A stretch of 64,000 nucleotides of DNA from assembly GCA_021827705.1 (NCBI GenBank), contig JAKAUQ010000018.1:21927-85926 (forward strand), in the 5' to 3' direction. Below, in pieces: positions 1 to 8,096 of the stretch. Both the position numbers and the translations under genes were made by a program. Under the pieces are notes generated by a model. It searched no databases. It had not been told where the DNA came from and saw only the letters and a program-made list of their open reading frames with translations. The DNA is from Actinomycetes bacterium. Its GTDB lineage: Bacteria; Actinomycetota; Acidimicrobiia; Acidimicrobiales; RAAP-2. Within the stretch, counting starts at the first letter, position 1, and every line of letters starts with the position of its first letter.

Positions 1-410
1 TCGGCGTGGAGGCGCGCGGCGGGTCGGCGGTCGCCTTTGGCGCCCCCGGCGTCCTGCACGGCATGCGCTCCCTCCTGCTCCAAGACGACCACGGCCAGAT
101 CACCGAGGCCGAGTCGATCTCGGCCGGGCTCGACTATCCCGGCATCGGTCCCGAGCACGCGCACCTGGCCGCCGTGGGTCGGGCCGAGTACTACCCGGTG
201 GGCGACGAGGAGGTCATCGACGCCCTGCGCCTGCTCAGTGAGCTCGAGGGCATCATCCCGGCCCTGGAGACCGCTCACGCGATCGCCTGGCTCACGCGCG
301 AGGCGGGCCAGGGGGTGCCCCACGGCGCCACCGTCCTGGTCAACCTGTCCGGACGCGGTGACAAGGACGTCGCCCAGGTTCGCCAGATCCTGCGAGAGGG
401 CCATGACTGA
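1..410 (+). CDS. trpB: Tryptophan synthase beta chain, C-terminal part (5' end outside window)
   Basis: Motifs GVLHG, SISAGLDYPGIGPEH, EGIIPALETAHA, NLSGRGDKD; overlaps trpA start. Confidence 0.96.
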   Translation, partial: GVEARGGSAVAFGAPGVLHGMRSLLLQDDHGQITEAESISAGLDYPGIGPEHAHLAAVGRAEYYPVGDEEVIDALRLLSELEGIIPALETAHAIAWLTREAGQGVPHGATVLVNLSGRGDKDVAQVRQILREGHD

Positions 411-1167
411 GCTGGAGGCGCGGCTGCGCGCGCTACGCCCACGCCACCGCGCCTTCGTCCCCTACCTGATGGCCGGCGCCAGCCCGCGCTGGCTGGACCA
501 CCTCGACGCCTTGGTCGCGGCCGGGGCCGACGCCATCGAGGTGGGGCTGCCGTTCTCGGACCCCATGATGGACGGCCCGGTCATCCAGGAGGCTGCGCTG
601 CGGGCGCTCGCGGCGGGCACCACGCTCGAGACCGTCGCGCACGCCCTGGGGGCGCGCGACCTGGGTGTGCCCCTGATTGCGATGACCTACTACAACGTCC
701 TGTACCACCTGGGGCTCGAGCGGGCCGCGACGGTCCTGGCCGCCGCCGGCATTGGCGGTGCCATCGTCCCGGACCTGCCTCTCGAAGAGCTCGCGCCGTG
801 GCACGAGGCCAGCGCCGCCGCGGGCCTGGCCACTGTGCTGCTCGTCGCACCCTCCACGCCGCGCGAGCGGGCGGCCCAGCTGGCTCGGGCCAGCGAGGGC
901 TTCGTCTACGCCACGGCGCGCATGGCCGTCACCGGTCGCTCTGAGGAGGCTGGTGACGCACCCCGCGTCGTGGCCGCCGTCCGCGCGGCCGTCGACACGC
1001 CCGTCTACGTGGGTATCGGCATCTCGACGCCCGCCCAGGCCGCAGCCGCGGTGCAGTTCGCCGATGGAGCGATCGTCGGGTCCACCCTCGTTGCCCAGGT
1101 GCTCGCCGACGACGACCCCGCCAGCCTGGAGATCGCCGCCTCGACCTTTCGCGCCGCGATCGGCTGA
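403..1167 (+). CDS. trpA: Tryptophan synthase alpha chain
   Basis: ATG at 403 overlapping trpB end; PYLMAG, IEVGLPFSDPMMDGPVIQ, GFVY..RMAVTG, GIGIS, DGAIVGS. Confidence 0.96.
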   Translation: MTELEARLRALRPRHRAFVPYLMAGASPRWLDHLDALVAAGADAIEVGLPFSDPMMDGPVIQEAALRALAAGTTLETVAHALGARDLGVPLIAMTYYNVLYHLGLERAATVLAAAGIGGAIVPDLPLEELAPWHEASAAAGLATVLLVAPSTPRERAAQLARASEGFVYATARMAVTGRSEEAGDAPRVVAAVRAAVDTPVYVGIGISTPAQAAAAVQFADGAIVGSTLVAQVLADDDPASLEIAASTFRAAIG

Positions 1168-1172
1168 CACGA

Positions 1173-1212
1173 AGCGGGACAAAGTTCCCGGCTGTGGGAC
1201 TTTAGTCCCTAA
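1173..1212. promoter_or_regulatory. Two adjacent DosR/DevR-type palindromic boxes (GGGAC-N4-GTCCC)
   Basis: 1176-1189 GGGACAAAGTTCCC and 1196-1209 GGGACTTTAGTCCC, 20 bp apart; 1193-1212 matches TTSGGGACTWWAGTCCCSAA at 17/20. Confidence 0.6.
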
Positions 1213-1237
1213 TTTTCCCTATGACCAGGTTTGTTGG

Positions 1238-1255
1238 TCGTGAACAAGTTCACGA
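1238..1255. promoter_or_regulatory. Palindromic operator TCGTGAAC-AA-GTTCACGA (Rex- or CRP-family like)
   Basis: 8-bp perfect arms; fits GTGAA-N4-TTCAC (Rex) and GTGA-N6-TCAC (CRP/GlxR). Confidence 0.5.
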
Positions 1256-1362
1256 GTCTGGGCCATCGTAAAGATCGGGCGCGCACCGGCCCTAGTGATA
1301 AATGACTAGGTGAGCCACCAAGGTGTGGTGGTTCGCCGTGAAAACAAATTGGGGGTTAATCC

Positions 1363-1923
1363 ATGGCAGACGAACACAAGGTAGCTGACCCAGGCCCGCT
1401 CGGCTTGGCCGCGTTCGCCACCACGACGTTCGCGCTGAGCAGTGCCAATGCGCACCTGTGGGGTGGGGCGGGGGCCACTGCGGCCGTGTCACTCGCGCTG
1501 TTCTACGGCGGGCTGACACAGTTGTTCGCCGGGATGTGGGAGTTCGTGCGGAAGAACACGTTCGGTGCTCTCGCGTTCAGTTCGTACGGTGCGTTCTGGC
1601 TGTCGGTCTACGCTTTTCTCAACTTCCAGAAGGGCTCGGGCGCCTCGCTCGGGGTCTTCCTGCTGTGCTGGACCATCTTCACCGCGTACATGATGATCGC
1701 CTCGTTCCGGCTGAACAACGCCTTGATCGCGGTCTTCGTGGTCCTGTTGGCGACGTTCATCTTCCTGACCATCGGGAACTGGGGCGCTGGCCACGAGAGC
1801 ATGGTGAAGGTCGGCGGGTGGCTGGGCATCATCACCGCGGTGATCGCCTGGTACACATCTGCTGCGGGCGTCATCAACGACACCTTCAAGAAGGTCGTCC
1901 TCCCGGTCGGTCCGCGCGGCTAA
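1363..1923 (+). CDS. satP: Acetate uptake transporter, GPR1/FUN34/SatP (YaaH) family
   Basis: ADPGPLGLAAF N-terminal motif, NTFGALAFSSYGAFW, multiple TM helices; upstream of acs. Confidence 0.92.
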   Translation: MADEHKVADPGPLGLAAFATTTFALSSANAHLWGGAGATAAVSLALFYGGLTQLFAGMWEFVRKNTFGALAFSSYGAFWLSVYAFLNFQKGSGASLGVFLLCWTIFTAYMMIASFRLNNALIAVFVVLLATFIFLTIGNWGAGHESMVKVGGWLGIITAVIAWYTSAAGVINDTFKKVVLPVGPRG

Positions 1924-1960
1924 GGTACTGGGCACTGGTGGCTTGCCACCGGACCCAACC

Positions 1961-1999
1961 GCCAACAGCGCCCGGGCTTTCAGCTCGGGCGCTGTTGGC
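1961..1999 (+). terminator. Strong hairpin between satP and acs
   Basis: GCCAACAGCGCCCGGGCT-TTC-AGCTCGGGCGCTGTTGGC, 18-bp stem with one G-U pair; no U-tract (common in actinobacteria). Confidence 0.65.
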
Positions 2000-2002
2000 A
2001 TT

Positions 2003-2022
2003 CCGGGGACTGACGTCCTAGT
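2003..2022. promoter_or_regulatory. Third DosR-type box upstream of acs
   Basis: GGGAC-TGAC-GTCCT at 2006-2019, same architecture as the boxes at 1176-1209. Confidence 0.45.
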
Positions 2023-2106
2023 GTGCGCACAACGACTCCATGCGTACCGACTCACGAAGTACCTGAAACAATCTGAACAAACAATTCCATTCCAACTGGG
2101 GGATTC

Positions 2107-4074
2107 ATGACTGAAGCAAAACTGGAAGCGCTCCTGCAGGAGAGCCGGGCCTTCCCACCCACCGCGGAGTTCGCGGCCCAAGCCAACGCGCAGCCGTCCA
2201 TCTACGCAGAGGTCGCGGCCGATCCGCTGGCCTGGTGGCACAAGCAGGCCGAGCGGCTCACCTGGCACACGGAGCCGACATCCACGCTGGAGTGGGATCT
2301 GCCCAATGCGAAGTGGTTTGCCGACGGGATGCTGAACGCCAGCGTCAACTGCGTCGACCGTCACGTGGCGGCGGGTCGCGGCGACAAGGTCGCCTATCAC
2401 TGGGTCTCCGACATCGAGGGGGAGTCGCGCACCATCACCTACGCCCAGCTGCTCGAGATGGTCTGCAAGGCGGCCAACGCCTTCACCCAGCTCGGCGTCA
2501 AGCAGGGCGACCGGGTGGCCGTGTACCTGCCGATGATCCCCGAGACCGTGGTCACCATGCTCGCCCTGGCGCGCCTGGGCGCTATCCACTCGGTGGTGTT
2601 CGCGGGCTTCTCGGCAGATGCCCTGTCGAGTCGCATCCTGGACTCGGACTGCCGCTTCGTCGTGACCGCTGACGGAGCCATGCGACGCGGCACCCCGAGT
2701 CCGCTCAAGCCCGCCGTCGACGAGGCGCTGCAGAGTTGCCCGAACGTCGAGGGGGTCGTCGTCGTCAAGCGCACCGGCGCCGACGTGAACTGGGTCGAGG
2801 GCCGCGACTACTGGTGGGACGACCTGATGGCACCCCAGAGCGCCGAGCACACGCCCGACTACTTCCCGGCCGAGCAGACGCTGCTCATCATGTACACCTC
2901 GGGCACCACGGCCAAGCCGAAGGGCATCTTCCACACCACCGGGGGGTACCTCACCCACTGCGTGACCACGTACCACTACATCTTCGACCTGAAGGTGGAC
3001 ACCGACGTCCTGTGGACGGCCGCGGACATCGGCTGGATCACCGGCCACAGCTACATCGTCTACGGTCCCCTGGCCGCGGGGGCGACCCAGGTCATGTACG
3101 AGGGGCTGCCCGACTCCGGTGGCCGCGACCGCTGGTGGAAGATCATCGCCCAGTACGGAGTGACCAAGCTCTACACGGCGCCCACGACGATCCGCACCCT
3201 GATGAAGTGGGGCGAGGACCTGCCGGCCGGCCACGACCTGTCGAGCCTGAAGTTGCTGGGCACGGTGGGCGAGCCGATCAACCCGGAAGCCTGGATCTGG
3301 TACCGCAAGAACGTGGGCCACGACAACTGCCCGATCGTGGACACCTGGTGGCAGACCGAGACCGGCGGGATCATGGCGACCCCGTTGCCGGGTATCACGG
3401 CGACCAAGCCGGGCGCCGCGATGACGCCGTTCCCCGGGATCAGCCTCGACGTGGTGGACAACGAGGGCCACTCTGTGGGCAACGGCGAGGGAGGCTACCT
3501 CGTGGCCACGGCACCCTGGCCGGGCATGACGCGCGGCATCTACGGTGACCCCGAGCGCTTCTTCGCCACCTACTGGGCGCGCTTCCCGGGCATGTACTTC
3601 GCCGGCGATGGCGCCAAGCGGGACAATGACGGCGACCTGTGGCTGCTCGGCCGCATTGACGACGTCATGAACATCTCGGGCCACCGTCTATCGACGACCG
3701 AGGTCGAGCACGCGCTGGTCGGCCACCCGATGGTGGCCGAGGCCGCAGTGGTGGGCGCCTCCGACGAGACGACCGGCCAGGCGATCGTGGCCTTCGTGAC
3801 CCTCAAGCTGTCGGCTGAGGAGGTCACCAAGGATCAGGCGCCGCTCTTGGAGGAGTTGCGCCAGCACGTGGCGCGGACCATCAGCCCCATCGCCAAGCCA
3901 CGGCAGATCATCCTGACGCCCGAGCTGCCCAAGACCCGCTCGGGCAAGATCATGCGTCGCCTCCTGCGCGACGTGGCCGAACACCGCGCCCTGGGCGACG
4001 TGACCACCCTGACCGACCCCACCGTGGTCAACATGATTGCGGGCCTCTTGGAGACCGACGGGTCCGAGGACTAG
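2107..4074 (+). CDS. acs: Acetyl-CoA synthetase (acetate--CoA ligase)
   Basis: YTSGTTAKPKG, GTVGEPINPEAW, DTWWQTETG, GRIDDVMNISGHRL, LPKTRSGKIMRR (acetylation Lys). Confidence 0.97.
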   Translation: MTEAKLEALLQESRAFPPTAEFAAQANAQPSIYAEVAADPLAWWHKQAERLTWHTEPTSTLEWDLPNAKWFADGMLNASVNCVDRHVAAGRGDKVAYHWVSDIEGESRTITYAQLLEMVCKAANAFTQLGVKQGDRVAVYLPMIPETVVTMLALARLGAIHSVVFAGFSADALSSRILDSDCRFVVTADGAMRRGTPSPLKPAVDEALQSCPNVEGVVVVKRTGADVNWVEGRDYWWDDLMAPQSAEHTPDYFPAEQTLLIMYTSGTTAKPKGIFHTTGGYLTHCVTTYHYIFDLKVDTDVLWTAADIGWITGHSYIVYGPLAAGATQVMYEGLPDSGGRDRWWKIIAQYGVTKLYTAPTTIRTLMKWGEDLPAGHDLSSLKLLGTVGEPINPEAWIWYRKNVGHDNCPIVDTWWQTETGGIMATPLPGITATKPGAAMTPFPGISLDVVDNEGHSVGNGEGGYLVATAPWPGMTRGIYGDPERFFATYWARFPGMYFAGDGAKRDNDGDLWLLGRIDDVMNISGHRLSTTEVEHALVGHPMVAEAAVVGASDETTGQAIVAFVTLKLSAEEVTKDQAPLLEELRQHVARTISPIAKPRQIILTPELPKTRSGKIMRRLLRDVAEHRALGDVTTLTDPTVVNMIAGLLETDGSED

Positions 4075-4078
4075 GCCG

Positions 4079-4122
4079 GTGGGCTTCGACTCCTGGCCGC
4101 GAGGTCAGGAGTCGAAGCCCAC
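4079..4122. terminator. Bidirectional hairpin terminator between convergent acs and FAD oxidoreductase
   Basis: GTGGGCTTCGACTCCTGGCC-GCGA-GGTCAGGAGTCGAAGCCCAC, 20-bp stem with one wobble; right arm is the end of the minus-strand CDS. Confidence 0.75.
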
Positions 4123-5517
4123 GCCGAACAGGTCGAGCAGGCGCAGCCAGAGGCCGCGTCGACCCTGGTGCTCGTCGGCACGCCGGATGGCGCCTTGCGT
4201 CAGACGGATCAGGATCCAGCGCAGCGGCTCGGGCGGGAAGGGCAGCGGGCGCCGGCGCACCATGGCCAGGCCCGTGCGCTCGGTCTCGAGGCCGTCGAGC
4301 AGGTCAAGCATCGTGGCGGCGCCGAAGCGCGACGCGCCCACCCCGAGGCCCGTGTAGCCCAGGGCGTAGGCCACCTTGCCGTCGTGGGCCGTGCCCCAGA
4401 ACGGCGAGAAGCGCGTGCACGTGTCGATCGCCCCACCCCAGGCATGGGTGAAGCGCACGTCGGCCAGCTGCGGGAACGTCGAGAGGAAGTGGCTGGCCAG
4501 GGTGGCGTAGGTCTCGGCGTTGAACTCCGGCTCGCGTCGCACGCGGCCCCACAGGTTGTAGACGGCGTCCCACCCGCCCCACACGATGCTGCGGTCCGCG
4601 GTCAGGCGATAGTAATGGAAGCGGTTCCCCGCGTCGGATACGCCCTCGCGACCGGCCCAGCCGATCCGGGCGAGTTGCTCGTCGCTCAGGGGTTCGGTGA
4701 CCAGCTGGTAGTCGTAGACCGGCACCACGTACTTACGCACCGAGCGCAGCAGCGAGGGAAAGACGTTGGTGGCCAGCGCCACCCGGGGCGCGGTCACGGC
4801 ACCGTAGGGGGTGTGCACGCGCATGGCGTCGTCAACGTCCTCGAGCCACTCCACCTTGGAGTTCTCAAAGATCTGCACGCCCAGGCTCAGGCACGCGCGC
4901 TCGAGCCCCCACACCAGGCGCGCCGGGTCCACCAACGCGGTTCCGTCGGGGTCGAAGATCCCGCCGCAGTAGGTGGGCGAGTTGACGCGCGCGCGGATCT
5001 CCTCGGCGCTCAGGACCTCCACGTGGTCGCCCATCTCGTTGCGCAGGGCGGCCTCGTGCTCCATGTCGCGCATCTGCCAGGGCTCCAGGGCCGCGCGCAA
5101 CTCACCGGTGCGCTCCCAGTCGCACTGAATGCCGTAGCGGGCGATCGTCTCTTCGATGGCGTTCAGGTTCTCGCGACCCAGGCGCTCGATCACCGCCATC
5201 TCGTCGGGATAGCGGCGCCGGCCGTTGCTGAACCCGTGGGTCAGCGAGTACGAGCAGAACCCGCCGTTGCGCCCCGAGGCACCCGCCCCCGTCTCGTACT
5301 GCTCGAGGACCACGACCTGTCGCTCGGGATCACGCTCCTTGGCGATCAGGGCCGTCCACAGGCCCGTATAGCCGGCCCCGACCACGCACAGGTCGGCCCC
5401 GATCTCGCCGATCAGGGCCGAGTGCGACTCGGGCTCGAGGGGATCGCTGTCGAGCCACCACAGTTGGGGCTGCACATCGGCCAGGTGGCGAAGGACTGAG
5501 GGACTCTTGTGGTCCAT
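4105..5517 (-). CDS. FAD-dependent oxidoreductase, DAO family (PuuB/OrdL-like amine oxidase)
   Basis: VVGAGYTGLWTA dinucleotide-binding motif, GAGASGRNGGF, AWGGAIDTC, GYTGLGVGASRFGA; ATG at 5517 with GGAG SD. Confidence 0.85.
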   Translation of the reverse strand: MDHKSPSVLRHLADVQPQLWWLDSDPLEPESHSALIGEIGADLCVVGAGYTGLWTALIAKERDPERQVVVLEQYETGAGASGRNGGFCSYSLTHGFSNGRRRYPDEMAVIERLGRENLNAIEETIARYGIQCDWERTGELRAALEPWQMRDMEHEAALRNEMGDHVEVLSAEEIRARVNSPTYCGGIFDPDGTALVDPARLVWGLERACLSLGVQIFENSKVEWLEDVDDAMRVHTPYGAVTAPRVALATNVFPSLLRSVRKYVVPVYDYQLVTEPLSDEQLARIGWAGREGVSDAGNRFHYYRLTADRSIVWGGWDAVYNLWGRVRREPEFNAETYATLASHFLSTFPQLADVRFTHAWGGAIDTCTRFSPFWGTAHDGKVAYALGYTGLGVGASRFGAATMLDLLDGLETERTGLAMVRRRPLPFPPEPLRWILIRLTQGAIRRADEHQGRRGLWLRLLDLFGVGFDS

Positions 5518-5635
5518 GACGCTCCAACCTTCGGTTGGACTCACCCTCTCTAGGAAATCCCTCTTTCACCCGGTGCCCGGGTGAACGCCAGTGTCCACCA
5601 GCCTCTGAGCCCATGCTACTGGGCCCCGGGGCGCC

Positions 5636-6700
5636 TCACCGGGCTCGCGCGCGCTCCAGCTGACTGGGCCAGCTGATGTGCTCGCCGAGCGCCTCGGCCG
5701 CCCCGAGCGCCCAACGCGGGTTGCGCAGGAAGGCCCGGGCCAGCATCACCGCGTCGGCCCGGCCACTCGCCACGATCTCTTCGGCTTGCTCGGGCTCGGT
5801 GATCACGCCGACGGCGCTGGTGGGCACGCCGCTGGCTCGCCGCACACCCTCGGCGAAGGGCACCTGGTACCCGGGACCGACCGGTATCGATGCATCGGCG
5901 ACGTTGCCCCCGCTCGAGACGTCGATCAGGTCCACACCGTGCTGGCCCAGCCAGACGCCCACCTGCTCGACCTGGGCCGCGTCGAGGCCGCCCGCGGTCC
6001 AGTCGGTGGCCGACACGCGCACCAACAGGGGCACCTCGGGGCCGATCGTCTCGCGCACGGCGTCCACCACGCGCACCAGCAGCCGCGCGCGGCCCGCCAG
6101 GTCTGCGCCGTAGGCGTCGTCCCGCTGGTTCGACAGGGGCGAGAGGAACTGGTGCAGCAGGTAGCCATGCGCTGCGTGCAGCTCGATCACGTCGAAGCCG
6201 GCGGCCCGCGCGCGGCCCGCCGCGGCCGCGAAGGCCACCACCAGCTCGTCGATCTCGTCGAGCGACAGCGCTCGCGGGGTCGGGTACGTGCCGAAGGCGA
6301 TCGCGCTGGGCGCCACGGTCTTCCAGCCGCCCTCGGCCGGCGAGGCGATGAGGTGGTCGGCCCACGGCGCCATCGTGGAGCCCTTGCGGCCCGCGTGGGA
6401 CAGCTGGACCCCGATGAGCGCGCCCTGGGCGTGCACGAAGTCGACCACGTCGCGCCACGCCTCGACCTGGGCGTCGTTCCACAGTCCCGGGCACGACGTC
6501 GAGATCCGACCCTCGGGCACCACGCCCGTCGCCTCGGCCATGATCAGGCCCGCGCCCCCGGTGGCGAAGACTCCCAGGTGCATGCGGTGCCAGGCGCCCA
6601 CGATCCCCTCGACGGCCGAGTACTGGCACATCGGGCTGACCCAGCAGCGGTTCGGGATCTCCAGGGAGCGCAGGCGCAGGGGACGGAACAGGGCAGACAT
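5636..6700 (-). CDS. NADH:flavin oxidoreductase, old yellow enzyme family (NamA/YqjM-like)
   Basis: VSPMCQYSA, QLSHAGRKGS, ELHAAHGYLLHQFLSP, PGYQVPFA; GGAGG SD before ATG 6700. Confidence 0.92.
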   Translation of the reverse strand: MSALFRPLRLRSLEIPNRCWVSPMCQYSAVEGIVGAWHRMHLGVFATGGAGLIMAEATGVVPEGRISTSCPGLWNDAQVEAWRDVVDFVHAQGALIGVQLSHAGRKGSTMAPWADHLIASPAEGGWKTVAPSAIAFGTYPTPRALSLDEIDELVVAFAAAAGRARAAGFDVIELHAAHGYLLHQFLSPLSNQRDDAYGADLAGRARLLVRVVDAVRETIGPEVPLLVRVSATDWTAGGLDAAQVEQVGVWLGQHGVDLIDVSSGGNVADASIPVGPGYQVPFAEGVRRASGVPTSAVGVITEPEQAEEIVASGRADAVMLARAFLRNPRWALGAAEALGEHISWPSQLERARAR

Positions 6701-6790
6701 CACAACCTCCAGAGGGCGTAGCGTACCCGCGTCATGAAGGGGGTCGGACACCTCGGTAAACTCGTCCAACACTCGCGACAAGGAGTAGCC

Positions 6791-7639
6791 ATGCGCATCG
6801 CCTCCGTGGCCGGCCGCGCTGTCGTCGTTCGCGACGATGGCTTCGTCGACGTCGCCCTCGCCTCCGAGGGGACGCTGCCGTCGGAGACGCTCGCCCTGGT
6901 AGCCCAGCTGGACCGGCTGACGTCGTGGTACCGCCCCGACGTCGCGCTCACCGAGCGCATCGCTCTGGCCGACCTGGCCCTCGACCCGCGCGTCGGTCCC
7001 GTCGTGGCGTCGCCGAGCCAGGTGTTCGCCATCGGGCTCAACTACCGGACCCACGCGCTGGAGATGGGGCTGGTCACCCCACCCAAGCCCATGGTCTTCA
7101 CGAAGTTCCCCTCGTGCCTCACCGGGGCGACCGCCTCGTTCCCCCTGCCCTCCGACGAGGTCGACTGGGAGGCCGAGCTGGTCGTCGTGATCGGCACCGG
7201 CGGGCGCGACCTCAGCGTCGAGCAGGCCCCGGGAGCCATCGCCGGGTACTGCGTGGGCCAGGACATCAGCAACCGGGCCCTGCAGCTGCTCGGGTCGCCG
7301 GCCCAGTTCTCGCTGGGCAAGTCCCACCGCCACTACGGGCCGGTGGGACCCTGGATCACGACGGCCGACGAGATCCCCGATCCCAACGACCTGGCGATCT
7401 CCTGCCGCGTCAATGACGTCTTGTACCAGGACGCCTCCACCAGCGACATGATCTTCACGGTCTTCCAGATCGTGGCCTATCTGTCGACGGTGTGCGAGCT
7501 GCACCCGGGCGACCTGATCTTCACGGGCAGCCCGGCCGGGGTGGGCCAGGGACACCGGCCCCCGATCTTCCTGCGCTCGGGCGACGTGGTGGCCACCACC
7601 ATCGAGCGGCTGGGCAGCCTGCGCAACGTCGCCGAGTAG
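6791..7639 (+). CDS. Fumarylacetoacetate hydrolase family protein
   Basis: AGGAG SD; IGLNYRTH, PMVFTK, VDWEAEL, FSLGKS, GDLIFTGSPAGVG. Confidence 0.9.
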   Translation: MRIASVAGRAVVVRDDGFVDVALASEGTLPSETLALVAQLDRLTSWYRPDVALTERIALADLALDPRVGPVVASPSQVFAIGLNYRTHALEMGLVTPPKPMVFTKFPSCLTGATASFPLPSDEVDWEAELVVVIGTGGRDLSVEQAPGAIAGYCVGQDISNRALQLLGSPAQFSLGKSHRHYGPVGPWITTADEIPDPNDLAISCRVNDVLYQDASTSDMIFTVFQIVAYLSTVCELHPGDLIFTGSPAGVGQGHRPPIFLRSGDVVATTIERLGSLRNVAE

Positions 7640-7819
7640 CTGACCCCGAGGCAGAGTGGTGGGGTAGTCACAAAACTCAGAGGCCTTGGTGCATCTGGGC
7701 TCTGGAGGGGCCTGAAACCGGCTGCTAACAGTAATACGCTGCTCCGCTAACAGGCTGAGAGTCTGATCAGAGAAACGCTTGAGCCATGGGAGGCATGTGG
7801 GAATGTGGGCGTAACCCAC

Positions 7820-7848
7820 TTGCCCGCCACGGTCTGAGTGGGTACAAT
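7820..7848 (+). promoter_or_regulatory. Sigma70-type promoter of the TA-like operon with overlapping inverted-repeat operator
   Basis: -35 TTGCCC (7820-7825), 17-bp spacer, -10 TACAAT (7843-7848); ACCCACT (7814-7820) and AGTGGGT (7837-7843) form an inverted repeat. Confidence 0.7.
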
Positions 7849-7868
7849 GCTCTTCAAGGGAGGAATCC

Positions 7869-8093
7869 ATGACTCGACACCTCACGACAGACGCCCGGAG
7901 CCGACTGGTCCTGGCGGGACACCCGAACGAGGATTGGCTCGTCGAAGAGCTCCCCGACGGCAGTTTCCGGGTAGAGCCAGCGAAGGTCGTCAGTGCCGCG
8001 CAGCACGAGTACAACACCACGCCCGAGTTGCAGGAACTGCTCTCTCGGGCAGCTGCGTCTGGCAGCGTTGGCCGCCGCCGCACTCGGGTGTAG
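7869..8093 (+). CDS. Small protein, putative AbrB/SpoVT-like antitoxin
   Basis: GGAGG SD; N-terminal TTDARSRLVL resembles the AbrB (T/L)D.RGR.T(L/I) signature; 74 aa, upstream of a toxin-sized ORF. Confidence 0.55.
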   Translation: MTRHLTTDARSRLVLAGHPNEDWLVEELPDGSFRVEPAKVVSAAQHEYNTTPELQELLSRAAASGSVGRRRTRV

Positions 8094-8096
8094 CCA

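Noticed and set aside
37-402. N-terminal extensions in the ORF track (trpA from 37, thyX from 35406, LOG from 18388, trmI from 25383, permease from 56335, nuclease-like from 49977 and others)
   Set aside because: They overlap upstream genes in other frames; true starts were chosen from SD, -10 geometry, stop/start overlaps and motif onset
7690-7725. TGGGCTCTGGAGGGGCCTGAAACC as a degenerate att copy of the tRNA 3' end
   Set aside because: Similarity to the tRNA-Pro end is too weak to call a direct repeat by eye
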